A stretch of 64,000 nt of DNA from Escherichia phage vB_EcoM_G2248, in sequence record MK327932.1. One strand, given 5' to 3'. The notes below the pieces were generated by a model. The model saw only the letters and a program-made list of their open reading frames with translations. It did no database searches and was not told the DNA's origin. How positions within the stretch are numbered: the first letter of the stretch is position 1; each line of letters starts with the position of its first letter. Below, one piece after another: positions 53,605-64,000 of the stretch. A program made the position numbers and the translations under genes.

Positions 53605-54345
53605 ATGTTTAACAACACTCTTTTTGCTCGCCTTGAATCGCAAAAGGATTATGAGAATACACGACAAACAGAGATTCTTAATCCTTATGTGAACTTTCAC
53701 AAATATACAAATACTCAGACGTTAGCCGACGTTATGGTCGCCGAAGCTATTCAGATGCGAGGTGTAGAATTATATTACATCCCTCGTGAATTTGTCAAAC
53801 CAGATATGATATTTGGTGAGGATGTTCAAAGCAAATTTACTAAAGCATGGAAATTTGCGGCTTATATTAACTCATTTGATGGGTATGAAGGAGCGGGTAA
53901 CTTCTTCTCTAGTTTCGGTTATCAAGCCAATGATGAACTAACTTTTACGGTTAACCCCAACCTATTCAAGCATCAAGTAGATGATCAAGAGCCAAAATCA
54001 GGTGACTTGATTTATATTCCAATGAGTAATGATTTATTTGAAATCTCATATGTAGAGCCATATCAGCCGTTTTTTCAGGCTGGCAAAAATGCCATGCGTA
54101 AAATTATTGCAGAGAAATTCGTGTATAGCGGCGAGGAATTGCGACCAGAATTACAACGCAATGAGGGAATTAATGTTGATGAGTTTGCGGATCTGGACCT
54201 TGCACCGATCACTAATCTGGACGGATTAACAGATATCAACTTAGAACAGTACAAAGAAGATAAGCAATTCAGAAGCGAAGGACAAGATTTTATTGACCCG
54301 TTTGATCCTATTAATGGCAAGGGTTCACCTTTTGCTAATTTTTGA
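53605..54345 (+). CDS. 14: neck protein gp14
   Basis: 246 aa, synteny and size. Confidence 0.8.
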   Translation: MFNNTLFARLESQKDYENTRQTEILNPYVNFHKYTNTQTLADVMVAEAIQMRGVELYYIPREFVKPDMIFGEDVQSKFTKAWKFAAYINSFDGYEGAGNFFSSFGYQANDELTFTVNPNLFKHQVDDQEPKSGDLIYIPMSNDLFEISYVEPYQPFFQAGKNAMRKIIAEKFVYSGEELRPELQRNEGINVDEFADLDLAPITNLDGLTDINLEQYKEDKQFRSEGQDFIDPFDPINGKGSPFANF

Positions 54346-54371
54346 TAAATACTCATAAACAAGGGGGTCAA

Positions 54372-55205
54372 ATGTTCGGTTGGCACTATAATTCGTCAAT
54401 TAGACGGTATATTGTATTGCTGGGTAATTTATTCTCCGGCGTACAAATTAAAAGGGTGCGTAGTGACGGTGAGCGGTTTATTAAAGTTCCTATCACCTAC
54501 GCAAAGAAAGAAAAATTCATGATGACTCTGGACAAATATAACAATATCTCAAGTGAGGAAGACGTAGCAAAGGTAGAAACTATTTTACCGCGCATGTGTC
54601 TTTCTTTGATTGATATGACATACGCCCAGAACTTTAAAACCAATATTGCAAATAAGACAGTACCAAAATATACAGCGGATGGAATCAGGAGCGTAACACA
54701 ATATAATCCTGTACCATATAAGTTTACTTTCGAGTTAGGGATTTATACGCGTAACGAAGATGATATGTTTCAGATAATTGAACAGATTCTTCCTTACTTC
54801 CAGCCTCATTTTAACTGTAAGATTAAAGAACTACACGGTAATGATGTATGGATTGATCGAGATATTCAGGTCACAATTAGTTCTATTACTCCAGATGAAC
54901 AGGTAGGCGAAGATAAGTTTTCTCGTCGTCGTCTTGAGTGGACCATTATGTTTGAGTTCATCGGGTTTATCTATCCTCCAGCTACTGACGTTAAGGGGGA
55001 AATCAGAACGATTTATCTTGATTTTCATGCTAATTCTCGTGAATTAAATCCTAGCGGTAATTTTGAATCTGTGGATCACGAGGTCGTTAAACGTGATGTT
55101 GAGCAAGAAGAATGGGATGGAACAATCAAAGAATCATATTCTAGTGATATTCCAATACCAGTTGCACCGACTCCACCGGGTCCACGTATTGTAAGAGAAT
55201 TTTAA
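54372..55205 (+). CDS. 15: tail sheath stabilizer / tail completion protein gp15
   Basis: Start placed at ATG 54372 behind RBS AGGGGGT (track ORF starts with TTG at 54342). Confidence 0.8.
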   Translation: MFGWHYNSSIRRYIVLLGNLFSGVQIKRVRSDGERFIKVPITYAKKEKFMMTLDKYNNISSEEDVAKVETILPRMCLSLIDMTYAQNFKTNIANKTVPKYTADGIRSVTQYNPVPYKFTFELGIYTRNEDDMFQIIEQILPYFQPHFNCKIKELHGNDVWIDRDIQVTISSITPDEQVGEDKFSRRRLEWTIMFEFIGFIYPPATDVKGEIRTIYLDFHANSRELNPSGNFESVDHEVVKRDVEQEEWDGTIKESYSSDIPIPVAPTPPGPRIVREF

Positions 55206-55218
55206 GAGGTATTTTATT

Positions 55219-57539
<2,321 letters not shown>

Positions 57540-57570
57540 CGATAATGCATAAAAAGATGAGGAAATTCTA

Positions 57571-59568
57571 ATGACTCTATTATCACCGGGTTTCGAAACG
57601 AAAGAAACTACTCTCTCCACTACCATTGTGCAATCTGCGACTGGTCGCGCGGCGCTGGTAGGTAAATTCCAATGGGGTCCAGCTTTCCAGATTGTTCAAG
57701 TAACTAATGAAGTTGAATTAGTTAATAAATTTGGTCAGCCGGATAATAACACCGCAGACTATTTCATGAGCGGGGCTAACTTCCTCCAGTACGGTAATGA
57801 CCTGCGTGTTGTTCGTGTCCTGAATAAAGCAAAAGCGAAAAACGCAACTGCACTGGCGGGTAACGTAGAATTTAATATTACCAACGAAGGTTCTAACTAC
57901 AAAGTAGGCGATACTATTAAAGTAAAATATAAAAACACCGATGTTGAGACTGGCGGTAAAGTTACTAAAATCAGCACAGAAGGTAAAATTAAGGGTATTT
58001 TTATCCCAACCAGGAAAATCATTTCTCTGGCTAAGTCTATTGGTGTTTACCCTAATCTGGATGGATTTACCGTAGAAATCACTTCCAGCACTGGTAACTC
58101 AACTGCGGCGATCACCATTTCCAAAATTGTTACCGATTCCGGTCTTCTCTTAACGGATCTGGAAACTTCCCGCGCCAATATCACCAATCAAGAATTTTTG
58201 ACTAAGCTCAAAAAGTATGATATGCCAGCGGTAAGTGCAATCTATGCGGGTGAGATCGGGGACTCTCTGGAAGTTGAAATTCTGGCACGTAGTGCGTTTA
58301 AGAACACCGCACCGGAACTGACAATGTATCCTTACGGCGGTACTCGCACCGCAGCACGCAACCTGATTCCATATGCACCGCAGAATGATAACCAGTATGC
58401 GTTTATTGTTCGTCGAGATGGTGTTGTGGTAGAATCCTATGTACTGTCTACTCTGAAAGGTGATAAAGACGTTTACGGAAATTCTATCTATATGGACGAC
58501 TTCTTCGCTCGTGGTGCTAGTCAGTACATCTATGCAACCGCTCAGGGTTGGGTAGATGGTTTCAGTGGCATTATCTCTCTTGCTGGTGGTGTTTCTGCGA
58601 ACGAAGCCAGCACGAGCGATCGCGAAAATGACCCGTTCATTGGTGCGATGATGCAAGGTTGGGATCTGTTCGCTGAACGCGAATCTATTCACGTAAACCT
58701 GCTGATTGCTGGTGCATGTGCTGGTGAGAGTGACGCATTCTCTACTGTACAGAAACATGCTGTTTCCATCGGTGATGAGCGTCAGGATTGCTTAGTGATG
58801 GTTTCTCCGCCGCGTAGCACCGTTGTTAATATTCCGGTGACTACCGCAATTGATAACCTGATTGCATGGCGCGAAGGAAAGAGCAATTACTCAGACAACA
58901 ACATGAACATTAATACCACTTACGCGGTTATTGATGGTAACTACAAATATCAGTATGACAAATACAACGACGTAAACCGTTGGGTTCCGTTGGCTGCTGA
59001 TATTGCTGGCTTGTGTGCTCGTACTGATGTTGTATCCCAGCCGTGGATGAGTCCGGCAGGTTATAACCGTGGTCAGATCATGAACGTGGTTAAGTTGGCT
59101 ATTGAGCCTCGCAAGGCGCACCGTGATCGTCTGTATCAGGCCGCAATTAACCCGGTAATCGGTGCTGGTGGTGAAGGGTTTATCCTGATGGGTGATAAAA
59201 CCGCTACGACTGTCCCTAGCCCGTTTGACCGCATTAACGTTCGTCGTCTGTTTAACATGCTGAAAAAGAATATCGGCGATTCAAGCAAATACAAACTGTT
59301 TGAAAACAACGATAACTTTACTCGCGCTTCCTTCCGTATGGAGGTTTCGCAATATCTCAGCACGATTCGCTCTCTGGGTGGCATTTATGACTTCCGAGTA
59401 CAGTGCGACACCACAAACAACACGCCGGATGTAATTGATCGTAACGAATTTGTTGCTAGTATGTTCATCAAACCAGCAAAATCGATCAACTATATCATGC
59501 TCAATTTCACTGCTGTTGCAACTGGTGCTGATTTTGACGAAATTATCGGTCCAGCTAACCAGGCATAA
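57571..59568 (+). CDS. 18: tail sheath protein gp18
   Basis: 665 aa, synteny and size. Confidence 0.9.
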   Translation: MTLLSPGFETKETTLSTTIVQSATGRAALVGKFQWGPAFQIVQVTNEVELVNKFGQPDNNTADYFMSGANFLQYGNDLRVVRVLNKAKAKNATALAGNVEFNITNEGSNYKVGDTIKVKYKNTDVETGGKVTKISTEGKIKGIFIPTRKIISLAKSIGVYPNLDGFTVEITSSTGNSTAAITISKIVTDSGLLLTDLETSRANITNQEFLTKLKKYDMPAVSAIYAGEIGDSLEVEILARSAFKNTAPELTMYPYGGTRTAARNLIPYAPQNDNQYAFIVRRDGVVVESYVLSTLKGDKDVYGNSIYMDDFFARGASQYIYATAQGWVDGFSGIISLAGGVSANEASTSDRENDPFIGAMMQGWDLFAERESIHVNLLIAGACAGESDAFSTVQKHAVSIGDERQDCLVMVSPPRSTVVNIPVTTAIDNLIAWREGKSNYSDNNMNINTTYAVIDGNYKYQYDKYNDVNRWVPLAADIAGLCARTDVVSQPWMSPAGYNRGQIMNVVKLAIEPRKAHRDRLYQAAINPVIGAGGEGFILMGDKTATTVPSPFDRINVRRLFNMLKKNIGDSSKYKLFENNDNFTRASFRMEVSQYLSTIRSLGGIYDFRVQCDTTNNTPDVIDRNEFVASMFIKPAKSINYIMLNFTAVATGADFDEIIGPANQA

Positions 59569-59602
59569 TCAGTAAATTAGCATAGATTAAAGGTTAAAAT
59601 CA

Positions 59603-59622
59603 AGCGGGGAGAAATCCCCGCT
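59603..59622 (+). promoter_or_regulatory. conserved RNA hairpin AGCGGGGAGAAATCCCCGCT upstream of gene 19
   Basis: Perfect 8-bp G-rich stem; same motif recurs at 60149, 13286 and 4607 in transcript-sense orientation. Confidence 0.5.
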
Positions 59623-59641
59623 CTATTAAGGAATATCAATT

Positions 59642-60136
59642 ATGGCACTCGATTTGAATGATATTACACGCGGTTTCGAGTCTGGCGATTTTGCTCGTCC
59701 TAACCTGTTTGAAGTTGAGATCCCGTATCTGGGGCAAAACTTTAAGCTGATGTGTAAAGCGGCAACTGTCCCGGCCGCAACCGTAGAAAAAATCGCTATC
59801 GGTTATCAAAACCGTAAAATTAACATCGCTGGCGACCGTGTATATGACGACTGGACCATCACTGTATTCAACGATGACGCACACAAGATCCGTGACGCTA
59901 TCGTTGCATGGAGCGATCAGACACATGGCACTGGATCGGCGATCACTGGTGCAACTCCTGCACAGTATAAGAAACAAGCTATTGTTCGTCAACTTAACCG
60001 TAACACCGAATCAACTAGCGAAAAAACATTGTACGGTATTTTCCCGACTAATGTCGGTGAAGTAACCCTCGATTGGGAACAAAACAACGAAGTTGAAACG
60101 TTTGAAGTTACTTTTGCTATCGATTGGGTAGAATAA
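59642..60136 (+). CDS. 19: tail tube protein gp19
   Basis: 164 aa, synteny and size. Confidence 0.85.
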   Translation: MALDLNDITRGFESGDFARPNLFEVEIPYLGQNFKLMCKAATVPAATVEKIAIGYQNRKINIAGDRVYDDWTITVFNDDAHKIRDAIVAWSDQTHGTGSAITGATPAQYKKQAIVRQLNRNTESTSEKTLYGIFPTNVGEVTLDWEQNNEVETFEVTFAIDWVE

Positions 60137-60148
60137 ATATATTATCAT

Positions 60149-60167
60149 GCGGGGAGAAGTTCCCCGC
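60149..60167 (+). promoter_or_regulatory. conserved RNA hairpin GCGGGGAGAAGTTCCCCGC downstream of gene 19
   Basis: Second copy of the G-rich hairpin, flanking the tail tube gene. Confidence 0.5.
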
Positions 60168-60194
60168 TTAATTTCTCCCAATTCGAGGTGAATA

Positions 60195-61760
60195 ATGTTT
60201 AGTAGATTAAAAATGCTTGCGCGTTGGGCTGATTTTGACAACGACAAATACGAAGAACAAATTAAAGATAAAGCAGAGTCTATAGCCGCACCTAAAAACA
60301 ATGATGGTGCTACGGAAGTAGAAATTAATGATAATTCACCTGCTAGCGCGTGGAACTCTCTTACCCAGCAATTTTACAGCACCGACCAGAAAATCAGTAC
60401 AACTAAGCAATTAGTTAACACATATCGCGGTTTGATGAATAACCATGAAGTCGAAAACGCTGTACAGAATATCGTTAACGATGCGATTGTATTTGAAGAC
60501 GGTCATGACGTTGTTTCATTAAATCTTGAGGCGACTGGCTTTAGTGAATCTGTAAAAGAGCGCATTCATGAAGAATTTAAAGATCTTTTAAACACTATCC
60601 AGTTTGATAGGCGCGGTCAGGATATGTTCCGTCGCTGGTATGTCGATTCGCGTATTTTCTTCCATAAGATCATCGGTAAAAACCCAAAAGATGGTATCGT
60701 AGAATTACGCCAGCTTGATCCACGTAATCTTGAATATGTTCGCGAGATCATTACAGAAGACACACCGGAAGGTAAAATTTATAAAGCAACGAAAGAATAT
60801 TTCATTTACACTGTAGTCAATAGCTCTTATTGCGCAGGTGGTCAAGTATTCTCTCCTAATAGTCGCGTTAAAATCCCGCGTAGTGCCATTACATACGCTC
60901 ATAGCGGCTTGATGGATTGCGATGATAAATATATCATTGGTTATTTGCATCGGGCTGTTAAGCCAGCAAACCAACTTAAACTGTTGGAAGACGCAATGGT
61001 CGTTTATCGTATCACGCGTGCACCTGAACGCCGAGTGTTCTTTATTGATACCGGAAACATGAACAACCGCAAGGCTGCACAGCACATGAACTCAGTGGCA
61101 CAGTCTTTTAAAAACCGCGTTGTTTATGATGCATCGACTGGTAAACTTAAAAACCAGCAAGCAAACCTATCAATGACAGAGGACTACTGGTTACAGCGTC
61201 GAGATGGTAAAGCAATCACCGATGTTACTACTTTACCCGGTGCATCTGGTATGAGTGATATCGATGATATTCGCTACTTTAACCGTAAATTGTATGAAGC
61301 GTTGCGTGTACCATTGTCCCGTAGTAATCTCTCTGATGCTAATATGGTTATTGGTGGTGATGGTTCAGAAATTACGCGCGATGAGTTGGAATTTTCGAAA
61401 TTCATTAGAACTCTGCAAACACAGTTTTCGGAAGTATTGCGCGATCCACTTAAATATAATCTGATCCTTAAAAATGTAATTACGGAAGACGATTGGGATC
61501 GTGAAATAAATAATATCAAGGTGGTTTTCCATCGGGACTCTTATTATACAGAAGTTAAAGACGCGGAAATTTTAGAACGTCGAATCGGTCTAATCGAACG
61601 TATCGCCCCTTACATTGGTAAGTATTTCTCTAACCAGACAGTGATGCGTGACATTCTGAAATATACCGATGACCAGATGGACACCGAGAAGAAACAGATC
61701 GAAGAAGAAGCGAACGATCCGCGCTTTAAACAAACTCCCGATGAAATAGAGGATTTTTAA
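60195..61760 (+). CDS. 20: portal vertex protein gp20
   Basis: 521 aa, synteny and size. Confidence 0.9.
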   Translation: MFSRLKMLARWADFDNDKYEEQIKDKAESIAAPKNNDGATEVEINDNSPASAWNSLTQQFYSTDQKISTTKQLVNTYRGLMNNHEVENAVQNIVNDAIVFEDGHDVVSLNLEATGFSESVKERIHEEFKDLLNTIQFDRRGQDMFRRWYVDSRIFFHKIIGKNPKDGIVELRQLDPRNLEYVREIITEDTPEGKIYKATKEYFIYTVVNSSYCAGGQVFSPNSRVKIPRSAITYAHSGLMDCDDKYIIGYLHRAVKPANQLKLLEDAMVVYRITRAPERRVFFIDTGNMNNRKAAQHMNSVAQSFKNRVVYDASTGKLKNQQANLSMTEDYWLQRRDGKAITDVTTLPGASGMSDIDDIRYFNRKLYEALRVPLSRSNLSDANMVIGGDGSEITRDELEFSKFIRTLQTQFSEVLRDPLKYNLILKNVITEDDWDREINNIKVVFHRDSYYTEVKDAEILERRIGLIERIAPYIGKYFSNQTVMRDILKYTDDQMDTEKKQIEEEANDPRFKQTPDEIEDF

Positions 61761-61982
61761 ATGAAACAATTTATCGAAGCAATTAAAACTCGCGATCTAA
61801 CGCTGATCGAAAAAGAATTTGATAAGATCATGGAGGCTAAAAAAGCCCAGATCATCGAATCCCAGCGTGTCGAAATCGCATCCAGCGTCATGATCGAAGG
61901 TGAAGAAGAAAAAGACCTCGATGATGAGGACGACGAAGACGAAGATCGCAAAGACGATAAAAAAGACAAAGACGACGAATAA
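61761..61982 (+). CDS. 67: prohead core protein gp67
   Basis: 73 aa with a highly acidic C-terminus, between genes 20 and 68 as in T4. Confidence 0.7.
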   Translation: MKQFIEAIKTRDLTLIEKEFDKIMEAKKAQIIESQRVEIASSVMIEGEEEKDLDDEDDEDEDRKDDKKDKDDE

Positions 61983-61994
61983 TAGGAAGCCAAC

Positions 61995-62402
61995 ATGATT
62001 AAAGATTTTACTCCTAAAGCTGACTTGGAAACTTTTCTGCCGGAAGCACAGGAAAAATTGGACATGTTGGCTATGTTTGAGTCAGAAGAACTATTGAAAA
62101 TCGTTGAAGGTATCGCCGAAGATGAGCCGGAATTGGCTGTAGCAATGCTGTCTATCATCGACGGAATCACTGTAAACGAGGCAATGGTTAAACATGTAAA
62201 CGCACGCGGGGAAGTTGCACGCAAGAAAGATCGCAAAACCCGTGAGCGCAATGCTTACATGACTACTGGCCTAAGCAAAGCTAAACGCCGTCAAATTGCC
62301 CGTCGTGCTGCAAAAACCAAACGTGCAAATCCATCTATCGAACGTCATGCGGAACGTAAGCGCAAAAAAGCAATGCGTAAACGTAAGGCGTTAGGATTAT
62401 AA
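61995..62402 (+). CDS. 68: prohead core protein gp68
   Basis: 135 aa with basic C-terminus; synteny. Confidence 0.7.
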   Translation: MIKDFTPKADLETFLPEAQEKLDMLAMFESEELLKIVEGIAEDEPELAVAMLSIIDGITVNEAMVKHVNARGEVARKKDRKTRERNAYMTTGLSKAKRRQIARRAAKTKRANPSIERHAERKRKKAMRKRKALGL

Positions 62403-62413
62403 CAGGAAACAAC

Positions 62414-63109
62414 ATGGAAAAGAACGAATTACTGATCGAACAATGGGGCGTTCCTTGTGCTCGCGGTAGTTCGTCATTGCTTGAATCATTTGATGATAAG
62501 GCTACAGGAAATCTCTATATTCAAGGGATTTTCCTGCAAGCCGAAACAGTAAACCGTAATAAACGCTGGTATCCTCGCAGTGTTCTAGAAAATGCGGTTA
62601 CTAAATACATACATGAACAAGTTGAGACACATCAAGCTCTAGGCGAACTTAATCACCCAGCAAGAGCAATGCCAGATCCATCTAATGCTTGCATCATAAT
62701 TGAAAAATTGTGGTGGGAAGGTAATAACGTGATGGGTAAAGCCCGTGTCATTGAAGGGGATAAAGGCGCAGGTGATAAACTTGCTGCGCTGATTCGCGCT
62801 GGCTGGATTCCTGGCGTTTCCTCCCGTGGATTGGGTCGGTTGAAAGACTCTGGTCGCGGATACAATATTGTACAGGAAGGTTTTGTGTTGACGGTTGGTG
62901 TTGATGTTGTGTGGGGTCCGAGCGCACCAGATGCGTGGGTAACTCCGGTGGTTGAGTCAACGGATAGCGATTCTAGCGCGTCAGACGCACCAGAAAGCGA
63001 TAAAACCGAAAAAGTGACTAACCCTACAGCCTCACAACAAAACATCGTAGAATCGAATAATAGCGCGTTTATGGCGCTCGCGGAAGCGTTATCTAAACGC
63101 TATAAATAA
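62414..63109 (+). CDS. 21: prohead core scaffold protease gp21
   Basis: 231 aa at the gene 21 position, between genes 68 and 22. Confidence 0.85.
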   Translation: MEKNELLIEQWGVPCARGSSSLLESFDDKATGNLYIQGIFLQAETVNRNKRWYPRSVLENAVTKYIHEQVETHQALGELNHPARAMPDPSNACIIIEKLWWEGNNVMGKARVIEGDKGAGDKLAALIRAGWIPGVSSRGLGRLKDSGRGYNIVQEGFVLTVGVDVVWGPSAPDAWVTPVVESTDSDSSASDAPESDKTEKVTNPTASQQNIVESNNSAFMALAEALSKRYK

Positions 63110-63140
63110 TAACGTCGTTATCAACAAGAAGGTTATAACC

Positions 63141-63935
63141 ATGCTTAAAGAAATGCTGCTCGAAGAAGCAAAACAGATCACCGTAGACGTTGCTCTCGAT
63201 GACCTGTTTGAATCCGTCGAACTGTCGCCGGAAGTAAAAGAAAATTTTGGTACTATCTACGCTCAAGCGGTAAAAGCTAATGCCGTTGCACTGGCAGAAA
63301 GCCACATTGAAAAAATCGCCGCTAAAGCCGATGAACTGGTAGAATCAAAGGTCGAAGAAGCACGCACCGAGATTGAAACCAAACTGTACGAAGATGCAGA
63401 TAAATTCCTGAATCACTTAGGCGCTAAATGGCTGGCAGAAAATAAAGAAGCCGTTACCCGTAATATTAAAGCGGATCTGTGCGAATCCCTGATTGGTTCT
63501 CTGAAAGATGTTTTCGTTACTCACAATGTTGTAGTACCGGAAGAATCTGTGGACGTTGTTGCTGAACTGGACGAAGCACTCAAAGAAGAAAAAGAAAAAA
63601 CCTCTGAACTCTTTGATGCCAAACTGCAACTCGAAAGCGAAATTCGCGGCATGAAGCGTGAACAAGCGATCAATGAAAGCACTCGTGATCTTTCCGATAC
63701 CCAGAAAGAAAAAGTAACCGCGCTGATTGAAGGTCTGGAATATAGCGAAACTTTCGATAAGAAATTAACTGCAATTGTCGAAATGGTTGCTAAGAAAGAA
63801 GACAAACCAGCGAAGATTGAAGAATCACTAAATACTGATGCCGACAAGCTGAATGTTATTGCAGAAAATGTCGAAAAATCAGATAAAAAGGCAACTGTAG
63901 ATTCCGGCGTATCCCGCTACCTGAATTTCATCTAA
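63141..63935 (+). CDS. 22: prohead core scaffold protein gp22
   Basis: 264 aa, Glu/Lys-rich coiled coil; synteny. Confidence 0.85.
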   Translation: MLKEMLLEEAKQITVDVALDDLFESVELSPEVKENFGTIYAQAVKANAVALAESHIEKIAAKADELVESKVEEARTEIETKLYEDADKFLNHLGAKWLAENKEAVTRNIKADLCESLIGSLKDVFVTHNVVVPEESVDVVAELDEALKEEKEKTSELFDAKLQLESEIRGMKREQAINESTRDLSDTQKEKVTALIEGLEYSETFDKKLTAIVEMVAKKEDKPAKIEESLNTDADKLNVIAENVEKSDKKATVDSGVSRYLNFI

Positions 63936-63953
63936 TGTAATTCAAATCTACTT

Positions 63954-63961
63954 TATAAATA
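63954..63961 (+). promoter_or_regulatory. late promoter TATAAATA (probably for gene 23, which starts at 63995)
   Basis: Exact TATAAATA 34 nt upstream of an ATG at 63995 at the window edge. Confidence 0.55.
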
Positions 63962-64000
63962 CTTTAGGTTAACAACAAACAAGGTTTAAAGAACATGAAA

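Noticed and set aside
63995-64000. Start of gene 23 (major capsid protein) as a feature
   Set aside because: Only two codons fall inside the window, so it is mentioned in the summary and not annotated.

Overview
This window is a 64-kb segment of a T4-like (T-even type) myovirus genome, with no rRNA, CRISPR or convincing tRNA. All calls are by eye from the sequence and the ORF track; no database search was run. Left ~35 kb (minus strand): early and accessory genes nrdG, nrdD (intron-less), gene 49 endonuclease VII, nrdC, dam, tk, an rI-like gene, regB, a GrcA-like glycyl-radical cofactor, an HNH-AP2 endonuclease, an M15 peptidase, 57B (Acb1-like), 57A, gene 1, and genes 3, 2, 4 by position. 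These are interspersed with about 50 small ORFs, many preceded by a repeated cassette of sigma70-like promoter, G-rich palindromic stem-loop and conserved RBS, resembling the promoter-early stem-loops (PeSLs) of RB49-type pseudo-T-even phages. Right ~29 kb (plus strand): the late structural block 53-5-5.1-5.4-6-7-8-[insert]-9-10-11-12-wac-13-14-15-16-17-18-19-20-67-68-21-22 with TATAAATA late promoters; the probable gene 23 start is at 63995, at the window edge. Most notable: (1) a terminator-bracketed three-gene cassette with its own early promoter and a gamma-class N6-adenine methyltransferase inserted between baseplate genes 8 and 9; (2) an insertion between genes 3 and 2 encoding a triple zinc-ribbon protein with a C-terminal GIY-YIG-like domain plus an antisense small ORF; (3) an accessory cluster with a macro domain protein, a secreted lytic transglycosylase, a Pol-beta-type nucleotidyltransferase and Acb1; (4) several tandem paralog families and a dense array of tiny membrane proteins. 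ORF-track starts that are TTG/GTG were moved to the nearest ATG with an RBS where I could verify it.
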